Shown here: piece by piece, positions 21,586 to 29,904 of the stretch
How positions within the stretch are numbered: the stretch's first letter is position 1
Layout of the letters: each line of letters starts with the position of its first letter
NCBI GenBank assembly: GCA_963823345.1
Contig: CAWGLE010000022.1
Span: 227,656-291,655 of the forward strand
From: Candidatus Sulfomarinibacteraceae bacterium
GTDB lineage: Bacteria; Acidobacteriota; Thermoanaerobaculia; Thermoanaerobaculales; Sulfomarinibacteraceae
Reading direction: 5' to 3'
Length of the DNA: 64,000 bases
Notes under the pieces: model-generated
The model's input: the letters and a program-made list of their open reading frames with translations, nothing else
Database searches by the model: none
Told to the model about the DNA's origin: nothing
Made by a program: the position numbers and the translations under genes

Positions 21586-22147
21586 GCGGCCCCTTTTCCG
21601 TTGGATCCTCCGGCTCCCACCGTTCCACCGATGTCTCCAGAAACTCCACCCGGTCCCTCCGGACCCACCCTCTGTTGAGCTCCCGGCGCAGGGGCTGCAC
21701 GGAATCCTCATCCCGCGCCACCAGAAGCCACACCGCCGGCGGGACGGGCCGTCCGGCCACCGCATCGAGAAACCGCTGCGGCTGTGCCTCCTCGACCCTG
21801 AGCGGCGCCCCGAACTGATCGACGTAGAACTGGAACCCCGGCGCCAGGGTCCCCAGACAGAGGTCGGACCCGGGGTCGAAGGCCGGGTCCGCCACCATGT
21901 GCGCGACGGCCTCCCGCCACTGCTCCTTGCGGGGCTCATCGTAATAACCGCTCGAAAACAGGCCGATGAGCGATGCGGCGGTCAATCCGGCCGCGACCGC
22001 GACGCCCAGCCGGGCCGGGGCGATCCTCGAGATCGCCAGCGCCACCATCAAGAGAAGCACCGGCAGAAAAGCGATCGTCACCTTGGGCACCAGCATCGGC
22101 ACCACCAGGACCGATCGCAGATAGGCTGCAGCCAGCGAGATCGCCAC
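21575..22147 (-). CDS. membrane protein resembling the C-terminal end of GT39/PMT_2 proteins (possible gene remnant)
   Basis: Only the part of ORF 21575..22384(-) downstream of the kinase stop is usable. GTG at 22147. 2-3 TM helices, then YYDEPRKEQWREAVAHM. The start is uncertain. Confidence 0.35.
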   Translation of the reverse strand: MAISLAAAYLRSVLVVPMLVPKVTIAFLPVLLLMVALAISRIAPARLGVAVAAGLTAASLIGLFSSGYYDEPRKEQWREAVAHMVADPAFDPGSDLCLGTLAPGFQFYVDQFGAPLRVEEAQPQRFLDAVAGRPVPPAVWLLVARDEDSVQPLRRELNRGWVRRDRVEFLETSVERWEPEDPTEKGPHDP

Positions 22148-22217
22148 GGCGCCGCCGCCACGAGGCAACCGGCGAGGACGACGGCGCTCGAACGGGTGAT
22201 CGTGTGATCCCGCAGAG

Positions 22218-23612
22218 TCATGTGGATCGTCGATTCTCCGCCGACGGCGCGTCGAAAGGAAACCGCAGAACGACCTCGAGACCTCCGTCCGGATGGTTCC
22301 GGGCCGACACTCCCCCGTGGTGCAACTCGACCGCGCGGCGGGCGATGGCGAGCCCGAGACCGGCGCCGCCCGAGGACCGCTCACGGGCGTCCGCGACCCG
22401 GGTGAAGGGCTCGAACAGCGAACCCAGGTGTTCCTCGCCGACGCCCGGGCCGCGGTCTCTCACCGAGATCTCCGCCCACCGGGGGTCGAACCGGAGCACG
22501 ACATCGACCGCGGTCGACTCGGGAGCATGCCGGATCGCATTTCGCAGGACGTTGTCGATCGCCGACCTCAGGAGAACCGGGTAGCCCGTCACACTGGCAT
22601 CGGCGTCGGCCAGGACCATCACTTCGCGGCCGCCGGCCGATGCTTCGAAGGAGGCGTCGTCCACCACTTCGCCGAGCAGCTCGGCGAGTGCGAATGTGGT
22701 CTTTTCGCCGTCGGGCGCACCGGCGGCCAGCCGCTCCAGGAGGAGGAGCTGCCCGATGAGCTCATCGATCCTGGTCGCCTCGCGTTCCATGCGGTCGATG
22801 CTCTCCCGGGCTGCGGCCCCCGCCCGGTCGCGGGCCATCTCCAGGGCCACCCGGAGGCGGGCGAGGGGCGACCGCAATTCATGGGAGACATCGCGCAGCA
22901 GGCGTTGCTGCGAACCCACCAGACTTTCCATTTGCCCGGCCATGGTGTCGAAGTCGCGCGCCAGATCACCGATTTCGTCCCGCCGGCGGACCACCCTGCC
23001 GCCGACCCGCGCCGAGAGGTCGCCACCACTGAGCTGTTGGGTCGCCTTCCGCAATGCACCCACCGGAGACGACAGGTAACGTGCGAGCAGGAAACTCAAG
23101 AGGCCGATCATCGCCGCGAGGACCGCAAGGCGCGGCCACAAAGCCTTCGGCTCCAGAAGATCGATCGGGCGCGGCGGCCGGTGCAGGGTCCCCACCACGA
23201 CAAACCGCCGCCCGTCGGGCGCCCTCACCGGTTTCGCCACCAGGTGAAATTCCCCGCGGCGGAGGGCTTCCTCCGTACCGCTCTCCGCCACCCGACTCGC
23301 GAGGTCCGCCGCTGCCGCCGGCGCCTCGCGGCCCATCACCTCGCGCCCGGCGTCGTCGAACACGAAGGTCATCGACCCGCGGCGGCCGGGGCCCCTGGGC
23401 TCACCCACCGTCAGGCCATCCACTCCCCTCTCGCTGATCGATCGCACCGTGCGGTCAACCCGATCTCCGGCCCAGGCCTCCGCCCCCTGCTGCCACCTCT
23501 CCACCCTCGACCGCGACTGGGTGAAGTAGGGAGACGTCACCACCAGGACCACGGCCATCACCACCATCGCCACCCAGAACCAGAGGAAGATGCGGAGGAA
23601 GAGGCTTTTCAT
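22218..23612 (-). CDS. sensor histidine kinase (HAMP-HisKA-HATPase; CpxA/BaeS-like)
   Basis: H-box SHELRSPLARL, G2 box GGAGLGLAIA, two TM segments. ATG at 23612 is preferred over GTG at 23621. Confidence 0.85.
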   Translation of the reverse strand: MKSLFLRIFLWFWVAMVVMAVVLVVTSPYFTQSRSRVERWQQGAEAWAGDRVDRTVRSISERGVDGLTVGEPRGPGRRGSMTFVFDDAGREVMGREAPAAAADLASRVAESGTEEALRRGEFHLVAKPVRAPDGRRFVVVGTLHRPPRPIDLLEPKALWPRLAVLAAMIGLLSFLLARYLSSPVGALRKATQQLSGGDLSARVGGRVVRRRDEIGDLARDFDTMAGQMESLVGSQQRLLRDVSHELRSPLARLRVALEMARDRAGAAARESIDRMEREATRIDELIGQLLLLERLAAGAPDGEKTTFALAELLGEVVDDASFEASAGGREVMVLADADASVTGYPVLLRSAIDNVLRNAIRHAPESTAVDVVLRFDPRWAEISVRDRGPGVGEEHLGSLFEPFTRVADARERSSGGAGLGLAIARRAVELHHGGVSARNHPDGGLEVVLRFPFDAPSAENRRST

Positions 23613-23632
23613 CCCACCCACCCTTCCCTCTG

Positions 23633-23749
23633 ATTTCGGATTTCGGATTTCGGATTTCGGATTTGTCCCCCACCCACCCGACGTTCAGAAGTGGTGGGAG
23701 GGCGGTCGGGAAATCCGAAATCCGAAATCCGAAATCCGAAATCCGAAAT
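23633..23749. repeat. inverted pair of heptamer arrays, (ATTTCGG)n ... (CCGAAAT)n, between the regulator and kinase genes
   Basis: Left array 23633-23664, right array 23709-23749, about 44-nt C/G-tract loop. The regulator stop codon lies in the last unit. Confidence 0.9.
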
Positions 23750-24450
23750 CACGGGCTGCTCCCGCTGTGCTTGACGTACACGTAGCCGACGCCCCGCACT
23801 GTCTTGATCCGCTCCCCGCCTTCCGGCGAACGGCCCAGCTTGCGGCGGAGATTGGAGAGGTGGACATCGAGGCTGCGATCGTAGGCACTCGAACGGCGGC
23901 CCAGTGCCTGGCGCGACAGCTCGTCCCGACCGACCACGGTTCCCGCCTCGCGGAGGAGGACCTCCAGGATCATGAACTCGGCCCCGGTGAGTTCGACCTC
24001 GCGGCCGCCGCAGCGGACCTCCCTGGCCCCGGGATCCAGCTGCACGTCGCCGACCGAGTAGGACATCGCGCCATCGTCCGCGGGTTCCTCCGCAGTCCTG
24101 CGGAGAATGGCGCGGATCCTCGCCACGAGCTCTCGGGGGTTGAAAGGCTTGGCGAGATAGTCGTCCGCACCCATCTCGAGGCCGACGATCCTGTCGACGT
24201 CCTCGCCGCGAGCGGTCAGCATGATCACGGGGACCTTCGACCGCTCGCGGATACGGCTGAGGACCGCGAACCCACCGAGTCCCGGCAGCATGACATCAAG
24301 GATCACCAGATCCGGATCGTCGTCGAGGCAGCGGACAACCCCGGTAACGCCATCGTGAACGGCAGCCACTTCCAGCCCTTCACCCCGCAGATACTCGCTC
24401 ACGAGATCGCAGAGATCGGTGTCGTCGTCGATGATCAGGACCCTCGTCAT
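23749..24450 (-). CDS. OmpR-family response regulator (CpxR/BaeR-like)
   Basis: Receiver domain (VLIIDDD...LDVMLPG) and winged-helix C-terminus (VRGVGYVY). Confidence 0.9.
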   Translation of the reverse strand: MTRVLIIDDDTDLCDLVSEYLRGEGLEVAAVHDGVTGVVRCLDDDPDLVILDVMLPGLGGFAVLSRIRERSKVPVIMLTARGEDVDRIVGLEMGADDYLAKPFNPRELVARIRAILRRTAEEPADDGAMSYSVGDVQLDPGAREVRCGGREVELTGAEFMILEVLLREAGTVVGRDELSRQALGRRSSAYDRSLDVHLSNLRRKLGRSPEGGERIKTVRGVGYVYVKHSGSSP

Positions 24451-24506
24451 GATCCGATCCTACCAGCCTGCGGACGGCCTTGACATTTCTTGAGGTTGGC
24501 CGTGCG

Positions 24507-24521
24507 TTTGTTTGGATTTGT
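24507..24521. promoter_or_regulatory. direct repeat TTTGT-N5-TTTGT, candidate OmpR-family binding site
   Basis: tttgtttggatttgt lies in the divergent regulator / Spy-like intergenic region. The 5-N5-5 geometry matches the E. coli CpxR box TTTAC-N5-TTTAC. Confidence 0.3.
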
Positions 24522-24604
24522 TGGTCAACAATAAAGACCGTTCGGACGTTTCATCGCACGACCGAACACATGCCGCCGAGGCGGCGAACCACATGGAGGT
24601 TCAT

Positions 24605-25144
24605 ATGAGAGCACGAAACACCATCCTCACCATCGCGGCCGCGGCACTGATCGCGGTCCCACTGACCCTGGTCGCCCAGGGGGTGCCCGGCGGCGGCTAC
24701 GGCCAGGGACCCGGCGGCGGCCCGGGAGGCGGAGCCTGGGGGCACGGCCCCCACGGCGGGGGCGACGACGGTCTCGGCTTCTTCGACCGCATGCTGCCCC
24801 GGCTCGCCGACGAACTCGGTTTGTCGGACGAACAACTCGCGGAAATCCGGACGATTCTCGATGCGGCACGCCCGGAGATGGAGCAGCTCGCCGAGCAGCT
24901 CGCCGCCGGTCGCGAGGCCTATCGCGAGGCGCACCCCGATCTGACGAACTTCGACGAGAGCTCCTTCCGGACCCACGCCGCCGAGCAGGCTCAGATCCAG
25001 ATCGAGCTCAAGGTTGTCGCCCAGCGCGCCAGGGCGAGTGCCCTCGCCGTGCTCACTCCCGAACAGCTCGCCCAGCTCGAAGAGCTGCGCGGAAACCACG
25101 AAAAACGCTTCACGCGTCGCTCCGGCGGACGCCGCCCGTCATGA
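24605..25144 (+). CDS. periplasmic Spy/CpxP-family (LTXXQ) protein
   Basis: RBS ggaggt. Signal peptide MRARNTILTIAAAALIAVPLTLVAQG, Gly-rich linker, LTPEQLAQLEEL motif. Confidence 0.75.
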   Translation: MRARNTILTIAAAALIAVPLTLVAQGVPGGGYGQGPGGGPGGGAWGHGPHGGGDDGLGFFDRMLPRLADELGLSDEQLAEIRTILDAARPEMEQLAEQLAAGREAYREAHPDLTNFDESSFRTHAAEQAQIQIELKVVAQRARASALAVLTPEQLAQLEELRGNHEKRFTRRSGGRRPS

Positions 25145-25164
25145 CCCCTTGAGCATTCCACCAG

Positions 25165-25193
25165 CGCGGCGGCCCGGAGCCGCCGCGTTTTTT
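25165..25193 (+). terminator. rho-independent terminator
   Basis: cgcggcggc / gccgccgcg 9-bp stem, loop ccgga, T6 run. Confidence 0.75.
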
Positions 25194-25256
25194 CGTTCCG
25201 AAACCCCCGTTGTGTGATTGAATAGCCCGGGCTCGTCGCTGGAGGGCACTGTCGAG

Positions 25257-28200
25257 GTGAAGGTCAACCCCATCATCCGGTTTGCGGTGGAACGCCGGGT
25301 CACCATGGCCATGGCGGTGCTCGGCGTACTCGTGCTCGGGTGGCTGTCGCTCGCGCGGTTGCCGCTGGAGTTCCTGCCCACCTTCTCCTCGTCCCACATC
25401 TCAGTCACCGCCCCCTACCCGTCGTCGTCACCGGCCGAGACCGAGCGGCTCATCGTCCGCCCGCTCGAAGACAGCCTCAGCACCATCAACGGCATCGAAA
25501 CCCTGACCGCGAACGCCACCTCGTCCTCGGGGAACGTCAGCCTCCGCTTCGTCGACGGCACCGACATGGATCTCGCGGCGGTCGACGTCCGCGACCGGGT
25601 GGATCGGGTCCGCAGCCGGCTTCCCGCCGACCTCGAGCGGGTCGACATTCGCCGCTTCCAGAGCTCCGACCGGCCGGTCCTGCGCTTCCAGGTCAGCGCC
25701 GACTGGCCGCGCGAACAGCTCTACCGGTTCACCGAGGACGTCATCGTCCGCCGCCTCCAGCGGCTGGAGGGGGTCGCCGACGTCGACGTCGGCGGCATCG
25801 AGGTCCGCCAGGTGCAGATCAACCTCATCCCCGACCGGCTCGCGGCCCTCGGAATCGACGTCCGCCGGGTCGCGGCGGTCATCCGGTCGAATCACGAGGC
25901 CGCCTCGGTGGGCACCGTGCGGGACGGTTCGCGCTCCTACTTCGTTCGCGTCGACGGCAAACTCAAGAACCTCGACGAGATCCGCGCCCTTCCCCTCGGC
26001 GGCGGCCTCCGGCTCGGCGATGTCGCCGAGGTCGAGATGGCCTATCCCGAACAGGAGGAGTGGGACTTTCTCAACGGCCAGGAAGCCCTCAACGTCCGTC
26101 TCTACAAGGCCTCGACCGCCAACCTCCTGGCGATGATCGACGGCGCCAAGGCCGAGATCGACGCCATTCTGGCAATGCCCGGCGCCGCAGGCCTCCACTT
26201 CAATATCTACCGCGATGACTCCGCGGACGTGCGCAACGGCATCTCCGAACTCCGCAATACCGGCCTGCTCGGCGGCGCGCTGGCGGTGCTCTTCATGTTC
26301 CTCTTCCTGCGCCGCGTCCGCTCCACCCTGCTGGTGGCGATCGCGATTCCGGTTTCGGTCGTCGTCACCTTCGTCTTCATGTACCTGTCGCGGCAGGCGG
26401 GTTGGACCGATCTGACGCTCAACATCATGTCCCTGATGGGTCTGATGCTCTCGATCGGCATGCTGGTGGACAACTCGATCGTGGTCATCGAGTCGATCTT
26501 CCGCCACCACGAAGAGCTCGGGGAGGATGCGCGAACCGCGACCCTGCAGGGCGCCTCCGAAGTGGCATTGCCGATCGCGGCCTCGACGCTGACCACCATG
26601 TGCGTTTTCCTGCCCATGATCTTCCTCCCATCGGGGGGCCGATTCGCGATCTTCATGACCAACATCGGTTTGACGGTGGTGGTCGTGATGGCCGCGTCGT
26701 TGGTGGTCGCCGTGACCGTCGTACCGATGGTCGCAGCGCGGCTCCTCGGCGGCGAACGCTCCCACGAGGGCGGTCTGTGGAGCCGATTCTCCGCCGCCTA
26801 CGCACGCTCCCTTGCCTTCACGCTGCGGCACCGGCTCTCCTTCGGGTTCGCGATCCTGCTCGCACTGGTCGGTTCGTGGTATCTCTACCAGCGCATCGAG
26901 CGGACCTTCCAGACGCCGTCATTCGAGCGCCAGGTGAGCATCGTGGTCGACACCCCGACGAGCTACTCGGCGGAGCAGAAACGGGCCCTGTACGACGAGG
27001 TGTACGACCTTCTCGAGCGGCACCGCGAAGAGCTCGAGATCGCCAACATCACCCACACCTTCAGCCGCAGCTCGGGGCGCTCGCGCGGTTGGTCGAGGGG
27101 CAATCGCTTCGACATCTATCTCGTCGACGAAGAGCTGGGTCACCTCGACACGTCCGAGATCCGCGACCGGATCGAGGCCCTTCTGCCCACCCGTGCCGGA
27201 GTGACGATGACGCTGTCGCGGTCGATGCGCGGCCAATCCGGATCGGGTTCGAGCATCGAGGTCCAACTCCGCGGCGACCGCTTCGAGATCCTCGAGATCC
27301 TCGCCGACCGCGCGGTGGCGGCGCTGCGGGCCCTGCCCGGCGTCCGCGACGCCGACTCCTCGCTGGAGAGCGGCGACATCGAGGTCCTCGTGCGCCCCGA
27401 CCGCGAACGCACCCTCGCCGCCGGGCTGTCGTCGCAGGCGGTCGCACAGAGCGTGTCGTCCGCCCTGTCGTCGCGAGCGGTCACCTACTTCGAGGTCGAG
27501 GACCGCGAACTCGACGTCGTCGTCCAGCACCGGGAATCCGACCGCCAGACCCTCGATCAGCTCAAGAAGCTGCCGGTGGCCTTCGGCGACAACCGGATGA
27601 CCATCGGATCGGTGGCCGATTTCGACACCGCACCCGGGGCGCGCGCCATCGAGCGGGTCGACCGCCGCTCGACCCTCACGATCACCGCCGACACCGCATC
27701 GGGAACGCCTTCGTTCGTCGCCCAACGCATGGCCCAGCAGGCGGTTGACGACCTCAACCTGCCCGCCGGCTACGAAGTCGTGGAGGGCGAGGACTGGATG
27801 AGCGGCGAACGGGACGCGTCGAGCGCGCTGTTCTTGCTGGGTTTCGCGCTGGTCCTGATCTACATGGTGATGGCGTCGCTCTTCGAGAGCTTCGCCCAGC
27901 CCTTCACGATCATGTTCTCCGTGCCCTTCGCCTTCATCGGTGTCGGCCTGATCATGACCCTCACCGGGCAGGCGCGATCTTCGAGCTCGGATATGGGTCT
28001 GATCCTGCTCGCCGGCATCGTCGTCAACAACGCGATCGTGCTGGTCGACCACATCAACCGGCTCCGCCAGCAGGGCACGCCCCGCGACGAGGCCATCGTC
28101 CTCGGCGGCCGCCACCGCCTGCGCCCGATCCTGATGACCGCGATCACCACCGTGCTCGGTCTGTCGCCGATGGTGGCCGGTTACTTCCTGCCGAGCGTGT

Positions 28201-28448
28201 TCGGAGCGCCCGACGGCCGGGCCGCGTTCTGGGCTCCGATCGGGCTGGTCATTCTCGGCGGGCTCACCATGTCCACCTTTCTGACAGTCATGGTGATCCC
28301 GACCATCTACTCCCTCGTCGACGACTTCAGCGTGTTCCTCCGCCGCATCGCCGCCGCGGTCCTTCGACCGCCGTCTATGCCCGTCTCCGTGCCCGTCTCC
28401 GTGCCCGAAATAACTCCACACTCCAATTCAAGGAACCACCTCAAGTGA
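25257..28448 (+). CDS. RND efflux transporter, AcrB/MdtB-like permease
   Basis: Track ORF 25218..28448, GTG 25257 preferred (VKVNPIIRFAVERRVT). 12-TM architecture with two large periplasmic loops. Confidence 0.9.
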   Translation: MKVNPIIRFAVERRVTMAMAVLGVLVLGWLSLARLPLEFLPTFSSSHISVTAPYPSSSPAETERLIVRPLEDSLSTINGIETLTANATSSSGNVSLRFVDGTDMDLAAVDVRDRVDRVRSRLPADLERVDIRRFQSSDRPVLRFQVSADWPREQLYRFTEDVIVRRLQRLEGVADVDVGGIEVRQVQINLIPDRLAALGIDVRRVAAVIRSNHEAASVGTVRDGSRSYFVRVDGKLKNLDEIRALPLGGGLRLGDVAEVEMAYPEQEEWDFLNGQEALNVRLYKASTANLLAMIDGAKAEIDAILAMPGAAGLHFNIYRDDSADVRNGISELRNTGLLGGALAVLFMFLFLRRVRSTLLVAIAIPVSVVVTFVFMYLSRQAGWTDLTLNIMSLMGLMLSIGMLVDNSIVVIESIFRHHEELGEDARTATLQGASEVALPIAASTLTTMCVFLPMIFLPSGGRFAIFMTNIGLTVVVVMAASLVVAVTVVPMVAARLLGGERSHEGGLWSRFSAAYARSLAFTLRHRLSFGFAILLALVGSWYLYQRIERTFQTPSFERQVSIVVDTPTSYSAEQKRALYDEVYDLLERHREELEIANITHTFSRSSGRSRGWSRGNRFDIYLVDEELGHLDTSEIRDRIEALLPTRAGVTMTLSRSMRGQSGSGSSIEVQLRGDRFEILEILADRAVAALRALPGVRDADSSLESGDIEVLVRPDRERTLAAGLSSQAVAQSVSSALSSRAVTYFEVEDRELDVVVQHRESDRQTLDQLKKLPVAFGDNRMTIGSVADFDTAPGARAIERVDRRSTLTITADTASGTPSFVAQRMAQQAVDDLNLPAGYEVVEGEDWMSGERDASSALFLLGFALVLIYMVMASLFESFAQPFTIMFSVPFAFIGVGLIMTLTGQARSSSSDMGLILLAGIVVNNAIVLVDHINRLRQQGTPRDEAIVLGGRHRLRPILMTAITTVLGLSPMVAGYFLPSVFGAPDGRAAFWAPIGLVILGGLTMSTFLTVMVIPTIYSLVDDFSVFLRRIAAAVLRPPSMPVSVPVSVPEITPHSNSRNHLK

Positions 28449-29788
28449 ACACTCGACAGATCACCACGACCATTTCTCTCTCATGCACTCTGCTCGCTCT
28501 CGCCGCGTGCGGCGGGTCCGGCGACTCCGGCGGCCGCGGCGAGGGCGGTCGTCCGGGGATGCGGGGTGGCGGCGCGGCGCCCGGCGCGCCCGCAGCGGCA
28601 GTCCCGGTTCGGGTCCAGCCGGTTTCCCGCCGCGCGATCTCGCAATACCTTCAAACCAACGGCACCCTCGAGGCGGAAAACGAGGTCGACATCGTTGCCC
28701 GTACGTCGGGGCCGGTGACCGAGATCCTGACCGAGGAAGGACGAACGGTCCGCAAGGGCCAGCTGTTGGCCCGCATCGACGACCGTGAGCCGATGAACAA
28801 GGCCGCGATCGCGCGCGTTACCCGCGACGAAGCGCAGCTCGCCTTCGACCGCACCACGACCTCGTGGAACGAGGGGCTGGTGAGCCAGGAGGCCTTCGAC
28901 AGCGCGGGATCGAAGCTCGCCGCGGCGCAGGCACAGCTCGAGAGCGCGGAGATCCAGCTCGCCTACACCGAGATCCGAGCCCCGTTCGACGCCCTGGTCG
29001 TGACCCGGGACATCAAGCTTGCCCAGTACGTGACCCCCGGCAACCGCCTCTTCCGGATCTCCGACTTCACACCGCTCCTGTGCCGGGTCGAGGTGCCGGA
29101 GAAGGACCTGCCGCGGGTGCAGGTCGGCCAGACAGCCCACCTCGAGGTCGAGGCCTACCCGGACGAGCGTTTTCCGGCCGTGGTCGCACGGCTGCGGCCG
29201 ACCGTCGATCCCGCCTCGGGGACTTTCACCGTCACGCTCGAGGTGGACGCGCAGCGCAAGCTGCGGCCCGGTCTATTCGCCTCGGTCTACCTCGAGACCG
29301 GGACGCGCGAGGATGCCCTGGTGATCCCGCGCGACGCGCTCGTGCTCGATTCGCTCGGCGATACGGTCTACGTCATGACGAACGACGTCGCCGCGCGGCG
29401 TGAGGTTCGCCTCGGTGTGCGCGACACGGACTCGGTCGAGATCCTCGAAGGCCTCACCGACGGCGAACAACTGATCGTGCTCGGACAGGAGGGCCTCGCC
29501 GACGGTACGCCGGTGATGGTGCTCGGCGATGCGCCGCCGGCGGCGCCCGCCGCGCCCACCGCCGAAGCCGCGGGGCCACCACCCCAGGACGGAGCCGGCA
29601 CCGGGGGCGCCGGTGGACGCGGTCCGGGAGAGCCCGGCGCCGGCATCCCCCCCTTCATGGTGCAGCGGATCAAGGAGGCCACCCCCGAGGAGCTCGAGCG
29701 CATCAAGGAGCGGATGAAGCAGTTCGGCATGACCGACGAACGTGTCACCGAAGTCATCCGGCAGATCCGCGGCGAAGGCGGGTCATGA
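28445..29788 (+). CDS. RND periplasmic adaptor (membrane fusion protein, HlyD_D23 type), lipoprotein
   Basis: GTG start overlaps the upstream stop (GTGA). Lipobox LLALAAC. Coiled-coil hairpin and beta-barrel motifs. Gly/Pro-rich C-terminal extension. Confidence 0.85.
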   Translation: MNTRQITTTISLSCTLLALAACGGSGDSGGRGEGGRPGMRGGGAAPGAPAAAVPVRVQPVSRRAISQYLQTNGTLEAENEVDIVARTSGPVTEILTEEGRTVRKGQLLARIDDREPMNKAAIARVTRDEAQLAFDRTTTSWNEGLVSQEAFDSAGSKLAAAQAQLESAEIQLAYTEIRAPFDALVVTRDIKLAQYVTPGNRLFRISDFTPLLCRVEVPEKDLPRVQVGQTAHLEVEAYPDERFPAVVARLRPTVDPASGTFTVTLEVDAQRKLRPGLFASVYLETGTREDALVIPRDALVLDSLGDTVYVMTNDVAARREVRLGVRDTDSVEILEGLTDGEQLIVLGQEGLADGTPVMVLGDAPPAAPAAPTAEAAGPPPQDGAGTGGAGGRGPGEPGAGIPPFMVQRIKEATPEELERIKERMKQFGMTDERVTEVIRQIRGEGGS

Positions 29789-29904
29789 TCGCGACCGTAC
29801 ACTCGGATCCGCCGGCGTTTCGGCCGACTGCCGCTCGAATTGAACTCGGTCACGAGACCGCTGGGTGGGCACGAGCGGGTCGGGCCGGATGGGACCGGCC
29901 ATCA

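Noticed and set aside
23590-24483. ORFs encoding GFRISDFGFRI / KSEIRNPKSEIRN-type peptides (also 39144..40487 N-terminus, 55431..57173 N-terminus, 56993..57832)
   Set aside because: These are simply translations of the heptamer arrays in different frames. They sit outside the conserved part of the adjacent genes.
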